Part shown: positions 30,929-41,338 of the stretch, one piece after another
Layout: each line of letters starts with the position of its first letter
How positions within the stretch are numbered: the stretch's first letter is position 1
From: a virus
Taxonomy: Duplodnaviria > Heunggongvirae > Uroviricota > Caudoviricetes
DNA: 64,000 nucleotides
Reading direction: 5' to 3' (one strand)
IMG/VR virus record: IMGVR_UViG_3300033146_002139
Span: 39,707 to 103,706 of that record
The notes under the pieces: model-generated
Told to the model about the DNA's origin: nothing
The model's input: only the letters and a program-made list of their open reading frames with translations
Database searches by the model: none
Made by a program: the position numbers and the translations under genes

Positions 30929-33352
30929 ATGATATTAAAAATATACGAAAGATTTGAATATAGAGAAGCAACTCCGATAGTATTAAAAGAGTATACTAAT
31001 ATATATGATTATAATATAACGGCCGATAAACTTACAGATATAGATTATTTTAAAAAAAATTCTACACAATTATCATTTTCTCTTATAGATGAAGATGGTT
31101 GGTTATACGACAATATCGTTGACGCTGTTTACAATATAGGTGATTTTATAGGTTTAGTTGTAAGAATTTTTTCTGACGGCAAAGAGGCCATAGGCCAAGA
31201 ATTGTTTACTGGGTATGTAAAAAAATTCAATGAATACGATATTAAAACAAAAAAAATAAGTATGTTATGTTTTGACTTTACAAATCTGCTGACGAAAGCA
31301 GAAGGTTATAATCTTGAAACATTCATAGAAACTGCTACTGGAATTTGTCAAGTAACAGATGAAAAAGGTATTTATCAACACTATACCCCTGAAGAATTTA
31401 ATTTCTCCGATTCAAAAGAAGCTTTAAAGTTCATAGCTCATATTGCAGGTTATAGATTTTTTAATAATAACGAGGTTTTTCAGAACTGGTTACACCGAGC
31501 ATACAAAACAAACGGAAGCGGCGGTTATATAGACAATCCTGACAACGTTGGATTCGACCTTATAACCGGAGATTCTCTTGCTGAATGGAATATTAAGTTC
31601 GACGAAAACGATGGGAAGTGTTTTGACATAGATATCGATTCTTTTACACCGCTTGCTTTAGAGAATTTTGATAATTATATGATGCTTAGCACATATATGA
31701 ACTCTTTTACATATCAAAGCGGCAATATGGTAGCTTGGCGTCTAACAGCATGTTTTCAGGGTATTTATCCTTACTGCGATGTAAACGGCGAAAATTGTGA
31801 CATCCATAGTCCAATACTTATTGAGGTATGGATGCAATCATCATTTTACATTGGAAATCCTACAGTTTACAAATATGATGTATATAGGCTAAGAGGGTCT
31901 ACTTGGGGAAAGATACTGTCATCAAACGGATTGCAAGAATCTTACTGGAACGGAACACAACCTTGGGAGCGCCATATAAAACCTATGATGGATAGATTTC
32001 ATATTTCAACTAGAATGTTTACTTCATCGGGAAAAACTATAATAGCTCCTTATCGAAAAAGAAATATAGCAAATTCCGCATTATCAGGGCTCATATCACC
32101 TGAAGATTACGCACAATTGATGGTTTCAGCAAGTGTAGAAAACTCTATTTTATACTATGAGCTTTCGGATAGAAAATGGAAGTTAGATTGGACTAGCCAC
32201 CTTCCTAGTGCTACGGACACTGGAGCAGACGAGAATTATCAATCAATGAATAACTCTGAAATAGAAGATTATAACAACGTATTTAAAAGATGGACACACA
32301 TGACAGTATCTTCTCCTAGTACTGATGTTTTGTATGCATATACAACATCACTAGGAACCGCAGGCATTACTCCAAGTAGACTAAACTATACGGGAGCTTT
32401 TGATTTTTCATCTATATATTATTCAAACGGTGTTCATTCAGTAAAAGATATACTTCAGCTTTTGACATTAACAAATAATACAGCAATAAGATGTACAAAT
32501 CTAGGAGTTTTATTGTTTGAAGATAAGGACTCAGATATAAATTCTACTAGAACTATAATTGAAGATAGTGATATAATAAACCCTAAAATAAAGCAGTTAT
32601 TAAAAAGAAATATAAAATTTGAATTGCTAGAACATATCTACACCGGAGTAGATACCAGTAATGAATATGCTTCCGATATAAACGAAGTTACAGTAAAAAT
32701 AGAAAGTTTTTACAATAATTTTTTCGGAAGAGTAGTAAAGTCCCTCACTTGTGCAATATCGTATGACATAAATCCTTACATACCTTTTACGATAGGCGAT
32801 GGAATAACCATATTCGAAGAAAACTATAAAATAATATCAATAAAAAACGACCTTAAAGGTAAAAAGTACATTATAGAAACATGGAACGACTCTTCAGGTA
32901 TAAAACTTTTACTAGAAGATGGTAGCGGATTGTTCTTATACGAAGACGGAGACGCTCTTGAAATAGAGTTACCTGGCATCGAAACGAAAACCATTACGGT
33001 CATAGAGCCTGTTTGGGGGCAGCACGTAGATAAAAATCTAGGTTGTACTATAACGTGGTCATCATTCAAAATATCTCCGAGCGAAACGGTAAAAATATAC
33101 CTCTATAAAAATAATTCATTTTACAATGTAATATCTTATGGGACGCAAAATACTGGGAGTTATATATGGACAAATACAGGAGCCGAACCATCAAATGCAT
33201 ATAAGATATATGTAGAACTTTCAAGTAATACAAATGTAAATGATATAAGCGATGGCGTCTTTCACATAGACGAATCAAGTCTAACAACAGAGGATGGAGA
33301 TGAAATACTATTGGAAGATGGAGATGAAATATTATATGAATATGGAGCATAA
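30929..33352 (+). CDS. Tail tip/hub-like protein with a C-terminal Ig-like domain
   Basis: First gene after the tape measure. ITVIEP...ITWS...VKIYLYKN...GSYIW...DISDGVF is an Ig-like module flanked by acidic L.EDG repeats. Confidence 0.6.
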   Translation: MILKIYERFEYREATPIVLKEYTNIYDYNITADKLTDIDYFKKNSTQLSFSLIDEDGWLYDNIVDAVYNIGDFIGLVVRIFSDGKEAIGQELFTGYVKKFNEYDIKTKKISMLCFDFTNLLTKAEGYNLETFIETATGICQVTDEKGIYQHYTPEEFNFSDSKEALKFIAHIAGYRFFNNNEVFQNWLHRAYKTNGSGGYIDNPDNVGFDLITGDSLAEWNIKFDENDGKCFDIDIDSFTPLALENFDNYMMLSTYMNSFTYQSGNMVAWRLTACFQGIYPYCDVNGENCDIHSPILIEVWMQSSFYIGNPTVYKYDVYRLRGSTWGKILSSNGLQESYWNGTQPWERHIKPMMDRFHISTRMFTSSGKTIIAPYRKRNIANSALSGLISPEDYAQLMVSASVENSILYYELSDRKWKLDWTSHLPSATDTGADENYQSMNNSEIEDYNNVFKRWTHMTVSSPSTDVLYAYTTSLGTAGITPSRLNYTGAFDFSSIYYSNGVHSVKDILQLLTLTNNTAIRCTNLGVLLFEDKDSDINSTRTIIEDSDIINPKIKQLLKRNIKFELLEHIYTGVDTSNEYASDINEVTVKIESFYNNFFGRVVKSLTCAISYDINPYIPFTIGDGITIFEENYKIISIKNDLKGKKYIIETWNDSSGIKLLLEDGSGLFLYEDGDALEIELPGIETKTITVIEPVWGQHVDKNLGCTITWSSFKISPSETVKIYLYKNNSFYNVISYGTQNTGSYIWTNTGAEPSNAYKIYVELSSNTNVNDISDGVFHIDESSLTTEDGDEILLEDGDEILYEYGA

Positions 33353-33354
33353 TT

Positions 33355-33966
33355 ATGGGAACTAAAATTTCGAATTTAAGTAGTCAACTCGGGACTAATA
33401 CAGAAAGTACTGACATATTATACACGGTAGATTTAAGCGAAGCTTCTGATGTTGATAAAGGGAAAAAGATAACAATCCACGAGCTAGGAATAGCTATTAA
33501 CGAGCTAATGTATGAAGGTTTTCGCATGAAAGATATTGATGGGAGTAATTATCTTAAACACAAATGGAACGAAGATGCTACCGCTGATAGGTCTATATTA
33601 TGGTCTGTTAATGGTCAGACAAGACAAATAACCATTGGTGGGACTCTTACTGTTGAATCTTCTTCAACAATTGACCAAGATTTAACTAAAGATGCAGTAG
33701 TAGAATTTGCAGGAGTTAAAGTTGGAGCTAATCAAGTCGTAGGGGCTCAATCTGCAGCAGTAGCCGATGGTCCGATAGCAAGTACAGGAACTATTGCTTA
33801 TACAGGCATAGACAACTTACAGGCTGGCAATGTTTATGCTCAATCAAACGACTTGAATAATCTTAGAATTGCACATGAAGAGTTAAGGACTAGATATAAC
33901 AGCCTAAAAGACATAGTTAACGACTTGCTTGCGAAAACAAGAACACACGGACTAATAGCAACATAA
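33355..33966 (+). CDS. Minor tail/fibre protein
   Basis: KISNL N-terminus and a C-terminal coiled coil ending RTHGLI. Confidence 0.6.
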   Translation: MGTKISNLSSQLGTNTESTDILYTVDLSEASDVDKGKKITIHELGIAINELMYEGFRMKDIDGSNYLKHKWNEDATADRSILWSVNGQTRQITIGGTLTVESSSTIDQDLTKDAVVEFAGVKVGANQVVGAQSAAVADGPIASTGTIAYTGIDNLQAGNVYAQSNDLNNLRIAHEELRTRYNSLKDIVNDLLAKTRTHGLIAT

Positions 33967-33975
33967 GGAGAATAT

Positions 33976-34392
33976 ATGATAAATAAAAAACTATCCGAGC
34001 TTACAACATTAACAAACGTTATTTCAGGCGACTATTTATATGTAGTTAAGAACGCTACTGCAGATGGATTTAAAACTTCTAAGTTTGAGTTGCTTAGAGA
34101 TATTCCTACACAAATCAATACAAGTACAAATATAACATCATTAAGAGAAATATGCTTAGTTGATACTACTTCTGCGGCTGTTACATTGTTAATTGCAACA
34201 GAAATAAAACTTGCAAACGGGGCTATTATAACAATAAAGGATGCTACTGGAAATGCCGCTACAAACAATATTACCATAGCTCCACTAGGCGGCGGAACAA
34301 TAGATGGGGTAGGTTCTTATGTTATATCTACTAATTACGGATTTGTTAAAATAATAAGTACTGGGACAGGTGTTTTTAATATTATAGGGTAA
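33976..34392 (+). CDS. Minor virion protein
   Basis: KKLSEL...SGDYLYVV and VDTTSAAVTL...ITIKD..GNA..NNITI motifs are common in phage fibre proteins. Confidence 0.6.
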   Translation: MINKKLSELTTLTNVISGDYLYVVKNATADGFKTSKFELLRDIPTQINTSTNITSLREICLVDTTSAAVTLLIATEIKLANGAIITIKDATGNAATNNITIAPLGGGTIDGVGSYVISTNYGFVKIISTGTGVFNIIG

Positions 34393-34452
34393 ACACATTG
34401 CGTCAAACATACACTAAACCATAAAAATAGTATTTTAAATTTAGGAGAAAAT

Positions 34453-35652
34453 ATGAACTTTAAAAATATAGTATACACTGAAATATATGATAAGCAGGGT
34501 AGTTTAATAAGTAAATTTACAGATAAAAACTTAGTAGTAGACACAGGGAAGGAAATTATTAGAGATTGCTTAATACATGTTGTTGGTAGTGGACTTAGAA
34601 ATGTAAAGCTATCGACAAGTTTAATACCTCCCTCATCAACAGATACCCTGTTAGGTGGTACTGTTTACGATGCTGGTTTGCAATCAAATGATTCTGTAAT
34701 AAATCTAGAACCTGAAATGTATTTTAGTACAGACACGTTGAAACACGACCAATTGAATATTCCTTATAAATGGACAAATAGTACTGGAGGTTCTGTCTTC
34801 TTAGGGAAAATAGGTATTTATGATTATAACGGAGGAACTGAAAGGTTGTTTGGAGCATTATTATTAAACGATGGCTCCGGAGCGTCTGTCCCAAATGGAG
34901 GGTTTACTCTTAGTAAGTATGTAATAACGATAGAAAAAGGTGTAAATGATTATGGATATTTAACTGATTGGGGGGTTGAGGCAGTTATACATGCTTTATT
35001 TTATAATAATGTAGATTATAATTTAGATTATGTAGGGTTGGGGAGTGGACCTTACACAGATGGAAATTCAATAAACGGTCTATTTGACACAACTCAAGCA
35101 ACTTCAATCCTACCATCTGAATCAAATAAATTATTAACTAGCTTTGATTACACTGATGTAGGTGGACACCAAGTTGAAGAGGTAGGGGTTGGTAATGATG
35201 AGTTATTAACCGGCGGTACTATAATATCAACCAGTACTCTAAATAATAACAATGCTTTTGATGGGAATATAGAAACTGAATGTATTATTGTAGGTGGTGG
35301 ATATATAGGTAAGACTTTTACGGAAAGTAATATTCATAGGATTAGATTTAGTGGTAGTGAAAACTCTGCTAGTACTGGAACAGTTATCGTTCAAGGGTCT
35401 AATAATGGAACAGATTGGACAAGTGTAATAGAGATAGATTTAATTAATAACACTCCAAGATGGTATAGTGCCAATTTAAAAGAACTATACAGTAGTGTTA
35501 GATTGATGTATGGAACTCCTAATAATAGTAGATATATACAATCATTTGAATTTTATTCATTAAACCTATTCTCTAAATTTCCACACTCCAAAACTCTTTT
35601 AGATGCTGAACAATGGATAGACACTGTAATAAATGTCGTAGACTGGGATTAA
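34453..35652 (+). CDS. Tail protein with a discoidin/F5-8-like C-terminal segment
   Basis: N-terminal KNLVVDTGK...GTVY pattern of tail proteins, plus NAFDGN...IVQGSNNGTDW. Confidence 0.55.
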   Translation: MNFKNIVYTEIYDKQGSLISKFTDKNLVVDTGKEIIRDCLIHVVGSGLRNVKLSTSLIPPSSTDTLLGGTVYDAGLQSNDSVINLEPEMYFSTDTLKHDQLNIPYKWTNSTGGSVFLGKIGIYDYNGGTERLFGALLLNDGSGASVPNGGFTLSKYVITIEKGVNDYGYLTDWGVEAVIHALFYNNVDYNLDYVGLGSGPYTDGNSINGLFDTTQATSILPSESNKLLTSFDYTDVGGHQVEEVGVGNDELLTGGTIISTSTLNNNNAFDGNIETECIIVGGGYIGKTFTESNIHRIRFSGSENSASTGTVIVQGSNNGTDWTSVIEIDLINNTPRWYSANLKELYSSVRLMYGTPNNSRYIQSFEFYSLNLFSKFPHSKTLLDAEQWIDTVINVVDWD

Positions 35653-35663
35653 TGGAGGATTAA

Positions 35664-36911
35664 ATGCTGCGAGGTAAATTAGCTCCATGTATAAATAAAG
35701 TAATTCTTCCAAATGAAAGAACAAATACTAAGTTATCTGTAAAGCCTTTTTTTTCTGACAATATAGCTATTGATGGGGTTATACATCGTGTTTTTCAAAT
35801 AAGAGGAATCTCTCCAGTATTTACGATTAAGTACACAGTTAAGTGCGAGTCTTTGACGAATGCTGAAGCTTCTAGTTTATTAGCAATAGATGGGACTGAA
35901 GTATCTTTTTATCCTCATAGTGATAATACTTCATACTATACTGGATATTTAAGTGTAATAGAATATAATAAAAATCATAAAAATAGAATTAAAAGTTTGC
36001 GTTTAATATTCATGACGACAGATATATTAAAAATTTCTGATTACCCGCTTAAGATTAATACTGGATTTGGAGATAGACAAAATGAAAGTTTATCAATTAA
36101 AATAAATACCTCTTTGACTAAAGCAATCACAGTAATCCGCCCAGAGGGTGAGGATTTTTTTGTAGATTACAATAACCGTATACAATGGGTCTCGAATTTT
36201 TCTACATCTAGCAGCTTAAACATATCTCTATACAAAAATGATGCATCCTATGGCCATATAGCCTCAGTAATAAATAATAATGAATATGTATGGAGCCCAG
36301 ATTCTTCATTAGTAGGCACTAACTATAAGATACATATAGAAAAAGAAGACGATAGTACAGTAAGGGATATTTCTAATATTCCTTTTAAAATAAAAGAATT
36401 CCCCGTACTACTGCTTGTAGTGCCAAACGGAGGAGATAGTTATGATGTAAACAACACCATGCTTATAACGTGGACTTCCGAGAATATGGAGAATACGGAC
36501 AGTATAACTATAAGACTATTTAAAGGCGGCTTATTCTACAGAACACTTGTAGGCTCAACACCTAACTCCGGTTCTTATTCGGCTTCAGTAGTTGGAGCTG
36601 CAGACGGAAACGACTATACGGTAGTTATCTCATATGCTGGGCTTGCTGAGGATGAAAGTGATACTACTTTTACCATAGAAGAAAAGGTGCAGTCGTCCAA
36701 TTCGTTGCTTAAAATCAATACAGGATTTACTAATATACAGGCGGTTAATTCACCACTTAAGATTAACACAGGATTTGCTAATACCCAGTCATCTAGTTCA
36801 TTGCTTAAAATCAATACAGAGCTCTCTAGCACTTTTACGGTTACGCACCCAAACGGTTCCGAGGTTATTTCAATTGGAAGTAGTGTGGATATAACATGGA
36901 ACAATTTTTAG
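35664..36911 (+). CDS. Tail protein: N-terminal domain, two Ig-like domains, LKINTG repeats and a terminal Ig N-fragment
   Basis: VSFYPHSDNTSYY is shared with ORF 37110. (L/I)KINT occurs five times. The protein ends TFTVTHPNGSEVISIGSSVDITWNNF. Confidence 0.65.
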   Translation: MLRGKLAPCINKVILPNERTNTKLSVKPFFSDNIAIDGVIHRVFQIRGISPVFTIKYTVKCESLTNAEASSLLAIDGTEVSFYPHSDNTSYYTGYLSVIEYNKNHKNRIKSLRLIFMTTDILKISDYPLKINTGFGDRQNESLSIKINTSLTKAITVIRPEGEDFFVDYNNRIQWVSNFSTSSSLNISLYKNDASYGHIASVINNNEYVWSPDSSLVGTNYKIHIEKEDDSTVRDISNIPFKIKEFPVLLLVVPNGGDSYDVNNTMLITWTSENMENTDSITIRLFKGGLFYRTLVGSTPNSGSYSASVVGAADGNDYTVVISYAGLAEDESDTTFTIEEKVQSSNSLLKINTGFTNIQAVNSPLKINTGFANTQSSSSLLKINTELSSTFTVTHPNGSEVISIGSSVDITWNNF

Positions 36912-37109
36912 TTACTCTGTGTCTAGCTCAATGACAAATAGCAGTTCTTGTGCTAGAATGAAACTATCTATTTTGCAAATCGGCAGTTTCATTCTTAAAG
37001 TAAAACTAGAATAATGAGGTAAGTTAAATGATGACACACCTCAAAACAAAGCTCAAGCAAAATAATAACATTTAAACATGTTAGAATACTGACATGTGAA
37101 TATTGCAAG

Positions 37110-37595
37110 TTGGAGTTAATTATGCTACAATACTTTGGAGAAGAAGGCTTCTCTATTACATATCCACTTACAAGTCCAACGATTGATTTTCAAAAATCGG
37201 AAGAAGTTCGTGTAGAAGGAAGTTCTAAATCAAAACTATTCACTGTTTATGATATTGAAGAAAAGCTATATCAAAAAAAATTTGGTAATCGTTGGTCGTG
37301 GAAGATAACATACCCAAATCCAACACAAGAAGATTTAAACACATTAGATATATTAAACTGCCAATTAGTAAACTTTAAGCCTCATACTGAAAACAGTGAT
37401 TATTATAAATGTTACATGTGGTATTATTATGATGACACAACAGCGTATCAACATAAATGCTATATTTACATAGACAGGTCTGATTTAGAGCTTACTTTTG
37501 CAGACAGTCCTAAGACACTTACGATTACACATCCAAACGGAGGAGAATCTTACGAAGAAGGAGATTCGATAAGTATAACTTGGAGTGACGAATAA
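37110..37595 (+). CDS. Tail protein, paralogous to the N-terminus of ORF 35664, ending in an Ig N-fragment
   Basis: VNFKPHTENSDYY motif; ends TLTITHPNGGESYEEGDSISITWSDE. Confidence 0.65.
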   Translation: MELIMLQYFGEEGFSITYPLTSPTIDFQKSEEVRVEGSSKSKLFTVYDIEEKLYQKKFGNRWSWKITYPNPTQEDLNTLDILNCQLVNFKPHTENSDYYKCYMWYYYDDTTAYQHKCYIYIDRSDLELTFADSPKTLTITHPNGGESYEEGDSISITWSDE

Positions 37596-37723
37596 AGGTC
37601 TGTAGAATTTTTACAATTCTTTTCAGAACTAATATTAGAATGGAAAATAGAATCTACAAGTAATCCGCAAATAAACGATATTAGTAATGTTTACTTTGTA
37701 GCTCAAAATTAAAAGGATATAAA

Positions 37724-38902
37724 ATGGCAGTTAAATTAGAATTATATAAAAATGATATTTTCGACAGTGTAATTTCTGCAAGTACACCGAATGATGGTAG
37801 CTATACTTGGGATACTACAGGAATAGTATGTGCTACAGATTATAAAGTAAAGGTAACTGATTTAGATGATGTTAGTAGAACTGATATGAGTGATGGAAAC
37901 TTTGAAATAGCACCACTTCCAAGAGTTATATTCCTACAAGACATAGACAACCTAAGAAATAACTTATCTTCAAACTTAACACTTGACCAAGATTTAGATT
38001 TCAATGATGATGCTAGTTACGACCAGACTGACCCTGATTGGGCTACTAAGAAAGTTGCTTGGACTACTGGGGAGGGGTGGAGAACTATAGGCGATGATAT
38101 ACCGACTGAATTTACAGGCAACTTTGATGGTGCAGGGTTTACGATAAGTAATTTGTATATAAACAGACCTACAATAAGTGGTGGATTATTCGGGGCATGC
38201 TATGACAGTAGCTTCTCTAATGTTGGTATGTTAAATGTGAATATCACAGGGTCCACTAATACAGGAGCATTAGTCGGTAGATTGTCGCGTAACTCACCTT
38301 CGATAACTAATTGTTATTCTACTGGTACTGTTACAGGTGATACTGGGATAGGAGGTTTGGTTGGTCATATTCAACAGACAACAATGTTTAATTGTTATTC
38401 AACAGCTACTGTTATCGCTACAAATCAACAGTCTGGGGGCTTAGTTGGAAATGTAGGAATTGAAAACACAGTCACTAAGTGTTATGCTACAGGAAGTGTG
38501 ACATCTACCAATGCTTCGGCAGGGGGGCTAACGGGTTCAGCTAGTCGTGCTACATTTATTACAGATTGTTATGCTACTGGAAATGTTACAGCCCCTATGA
38601 TGAAAGGTGGGTTAATAGGCACGCTATCTGGTGGTAGTGGTGAAGTTGTAACAGTAACAAACTGCCATTCCTCTGGACTTGTATCTGGGGGTGGAACTTA
38701 TTTTGGAGGCTTGTTAGGTAAAACTTATCTTACTACTGTAGTATCATCTTACTACGACACTCAAACCTCAGGGCAATCCGACACAGGCAAAGGAACTCCA
38801 AAAACTACAGCACAAATGAAACAAGAAGCTACATTTACAAATTGGAACTTCTCGACTATATGGGATATTGTAGAAAATGTATCATATCCTACTTTATTAT
38901 AG
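37724..38902 (+). CDS. GLUG-repeat adhesin/receptor-binding protein beginning with an Ig C-fragment
   Basis: Repeated GGL(V/I/T)G...CY(S/A)TG.V units and FTGNFDGAGFTISNL; starts AVKLELYKN...TPNDGSYTW. Confidence 0.8.
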   Translation: MAVKLELYKNDIFDSVISASTPNDGSYTWDTTGIVCATDYKVKVTDLDDVSRTDMSDGNFEIAPLPRVIFLQDIDNLRNNLSSNLTLDQDLDFNDDASYDQTDPDWATKKVAWTTGEGWRTIGDDIPTEFTGNFDGAGFTISNLYINRPTISGGLFGACYDSSFSNVGMLNVNITGSTNTGALVGRLSRNSPSITNCYSTGTVTGDTGIGGLVGHIQQTTMFNCYSTATVIATNQQSGGLVGNVGIENTVTKCYATGSVTSTNASAGGLTGSASRATFITDCYATGNVTAPMMKGGLIGTLSGGSGEVVTVTNCHSSGLVSGGGTYFGGLLGKTYLTTVVSSYYDTQTSGQSDTGKGTPKTTAQMKQEATFTNWNFSTIWDIVENVSYPTLL

Positions 38903-39018
38903 TGATAGCTAATTGAGCAAGTAGAGGATGTCGTACTTATTACCTATTTAATATTTAACAACACTACGGAAGTAGTTAGGGTTACTCTTAAAAATAAAAA
39001 CAGCATAATGAGGTAAAT

Positions 39019-39135
39019 ATGATTTATTTAGACGAAAGTACAAAGGTAATAATCTTTCTTGGGTCTGTATTTTTTATAGGAATGATTACGATAGGAAGGT
39101 ACTACTGGAGCAAAAGAAATGATAAAAAAAATTAA
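39019..39135 (+). CDS. Small single-TM protein (38 aa, not in the ORF track)
   Basis: GAGG RBS; MIYLDESTKVIIFLGSVFFIGMITIGRYYW... Confidence 0.4.
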   Translation: MIYLDESTKVIIFLGSVFFIGMITIGRYYWSKRNDKKN

Positions 39136-39400
39136 AAATTTCATAAAAATGGGACTATGCCAGAATCAGTGGGCATGGTTCCACTTGTTAGCCGGAGCAT
39201 TGGGAACTAAAATATTCCTAATGTTCTTTTCTAATGCTTATTCTTTTTTATTGGTTGTAATCGCTACTATAGGATGGGAAATTATCGAGTATAAAATAGA
39301 GGGGATTGGAGCTTATTTTAATAGGGAAAAATGGTTCTATGATACATTGGGAGATATTGTCTCAGTTTGGGTTTTAGCCGGAATTATTATCTGGGTGTAA
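39119..39400 (+). CDS. Small membrane protein (VanZ-like)
   Basis: H..AG...WEIIE...D...D pattern across three TM helices. Confidence 0.55.
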   Translation: MIKKIKNFIKMGLCQNQWAWFHLLAGALGTKIFLMFFSNAYSFLLVVIATIGWEIIEYKIEGIGAYFNREKWFYDTLGDIVSVWVLAGIIIWV

Positions 39401-39770
39401 ATATATCATTGCAGGTTTCGCATTCTTCGTCTACATGTTTATTTCTATAGCCCTCGTCATCGTCAGTATCTTCAACTTCTTTTCCACCACTTTTTATTAT
39501 AATCTTCATATTATGTTCTCTGTCATTAAACGAAAACTTAGTATCGAAAATCTCAATCCACGGTGATTCAAATTTTGAAAACAAATCTAATTTAGCATCT
39601 GTCTTTAAAATAGCCTTCCAATCTTCTTCTATAACGGCATACAGTAAAACCTCGTGTTTAGACGGTTTGTAGTTTGAGCTACCAATACCATCAAAAATAT
39701 CTTTAAGTCTCTTATACACCTCTTTATTAGTGGTTATATGCTCTATTGTTCTTTTAGTATTTATTGCCAT
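39387..39770 (-). CDS. Hypothetical protein
   Basis: 127-aa ORF; last gene of the leftward arm. Confidence 0.6.
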   Translation of the reverse strand: MAINTKRTIEHITTNKEVYKRLKDIFDGIGSSNYKPSKHEVLLYAVIEEDWKAILKTDAKLDLFSKFESPWIEIFDTKFSFNDREHNMKIIIKSGGKEVEDTDDDEGYRNKHVDEECETCNDIFTPR

Positions 39771-40047
39771 TGTATTCCTTTACTATTTTCTGTTCTCTAG
39801 TCCTTGTAATAATTTTAAAATTATCATAAAGTCTAATAATGCTTCCGTTTTCATTTGTATACTTGAAAACCCAATCTACAGATTCATTCCCATCATAATA
39901 TCCAACTACAAGAGTATCTTTTCTCTGATAGTCTATTACTATGTATTCTTTAATCGACTTAGTCGACTTAGTTTCTTCTGACCGTTGACAAGCTACGCTT
40001 AAGAATAAAATTGTAAATATTACTATTGCTACTATTTTTAGTTTCAT
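39754..40047 (-). CDS. Putative lipoprotein
   Basis: Signal peptide MKLKIVAIVIFTILFLSVA-C with lipobox and RBS AAGGAG. Confidence 0.65.
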   Translation of the reverse strand: MKLKIVAIVIFTILFLSVACQRSEETKSTKSIKEYIVIDYQRKDTLVVGYYDGNESVDWVFKYTNENGSIIRLYDNFKIITRTREQKIVKEYNGNKY

Positions 40048-40309
40048 ACTTCTCCTTTATAAAAAGAATATCTAAGACAGGATTTACACCTGCATGGATA
40101 CTGTAGTTATCCGAACACCCTCTTATTACGTCAACATTCCACAGTTGCCATATAATAAGAAACCCACGGCAATTCTCCGTGACCCAATCCCTGCTCAGCG
40201 TTTGATTTCGCCACTTAGATATTCTATGTTTTTTAATTTTGCCTAACTTAATAACGTGATGTCTCAGTGCACTTCCAGGACTGCGGAAGTTCTTATGGTA
40301 AGTAGTCAC
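39968..40309 (-). CDS. Hypothetical protein (uncertain)
   Basis: 113-aa ORF with a GTG start, overlapping the lipoprotein gene by 80 nt. Confidence 0.35.
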   Translation of the reverse strand: MTTYHKNFRSPGSALRHHVIKLGKIKKHRISKWRNQTLSRDWVTENCRGFLIIWQLWNVDVIRGCSDNYSIHAGVNPVLDILFIKEKYETKNSSNSNIYNFILKRSLSTVRRN

Positions 40310-40438
40310 CCAAGAGGTTTTTATGTGAAATATGCCTCTATCTTTACTACCTCCTCTAATACCTCTGTTTCGACCAGCTCACATGCCAGCTTATGTTTAC
40401 TAATATTAGCCACTATTAAGCGGAACAGGACTTTATCC

Positions 40439-40858
40439 TTAATTTATTGCTACAGAAAACTCGTTACAATATTGCGAATTTACAGAATGTTTGACTGTTA
40501 CGCTAAACGGATATCGACTTTCTATATAGCTATATATTGATGATGATAATTTTGTATTATGCATAAATAAAAACAATTCATGTATCTTATCTATTATATC
40601 TACAAAATCTTCTTGTCCATGATAAGTTGACCATGATACCGTAATCATCGTATGTGTGTGTTTATGTATGTATTTCATAGTAGTTGTTCTACTAAGTGTT
40701 ATACAATTACCGTCTCTAGTATATATATGTCCACTACCAGCTTGGTCGTGTTTTGTTAAGTAGTCGTATATACCGTATTTTTTAAGTCTGTCAGTCAGAT
40801 GCTCTTCTGTAAAGATTTTATCGTAATTGACTACCTCTTCAAATCTATTCATTTCCAT
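40439..40858 (-). CDS. Hypothetical protein
   Basis: 139-aa ORF overlapping the upstream gene by 14 nt. Confidence 0.6.
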   Translation of the reverse strand: MEMNRFEEVVNYDKIFTEEHLTDRLKKYGIYDYLTKHDQAGSGHIYTRDGNCITLSRTTTMKYIHKHTHTMITVSWSTYHGQEDFVDIIDKIHELFLFMHNTKLSSSIYSYIESRYPFSVTVKHSVNSQYCNEFSVAIN

Positions 40859-41336
40859 TCTCGTTTATATATGCTAATTTTGAGCTTCCCAGTAAAAGTC
40901 TTTCGCTTACTACTTTCAGCATTTTAACAACAAACTCACTTTTTACTTTTTGCTTATGTATTATTTTTGCTGTCTTTTCTACAGTTATGTCTCCATCGCT
41001 ATTTATAGTTATCCATCCATATTTTTCAGGAACATTAAAATCTTTTAAGAGTCCAGGTGGAGTTACAAAGTAAAAATAATTTGGAGATGTATAGCTTCCT
41101 CCATTAGCAAGAAAATAATGCTTTTTGTCTTTTTTCTTGAAATCAGCTTTAAAATCAGAGCGACTTATTTTAATTTCAAACTCAGTAACATAATCGTTTT
41201 TATTTACAGTCACAACATCAGCTTCAAAGTCATTTGCCCATCTACAATTCTCTACGACTATAGGATGGTTTTTCTTTAAAAGCCAGTGTCTTGAAATTTT
41301 TCTTGTAAGATGTTTTGTTATAGTTAAATCTTCCAT
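40845..41336 (-). CDS. MmcB-like PD-(D/E)XK nuclease
   Basis: EADVV...EFEIKISRSDFKADFKK...PNYFYFVTP. Confidence 0.75.
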   Translation of the reverse strand: MEDLTITKHLTRKISRHWLLKKNHPIVVENCRWANDFEADVVTVNKNDYVTEFEIKISRSDFKADFKKKDKKHYFLANGGSYTSPNYFYFVTPPGLLKDFNVPEKYGWITINSDGDITVEKTAKIIHKQKVKSEFVVKMLKVVSERLLLGSSKLAYINENGNE

Positions 41337-41338
41337 AA

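Noticed and set aside
3079-38902. Diversity-generating retroelement targeting the lectin or GLUG genes
   Set aside because: No reverse transcriptase and no template/variable repeat pair differing at adenines were found in the window. The two lectin modules are too divergent. One elsewhere in the genome cannot be excluded.
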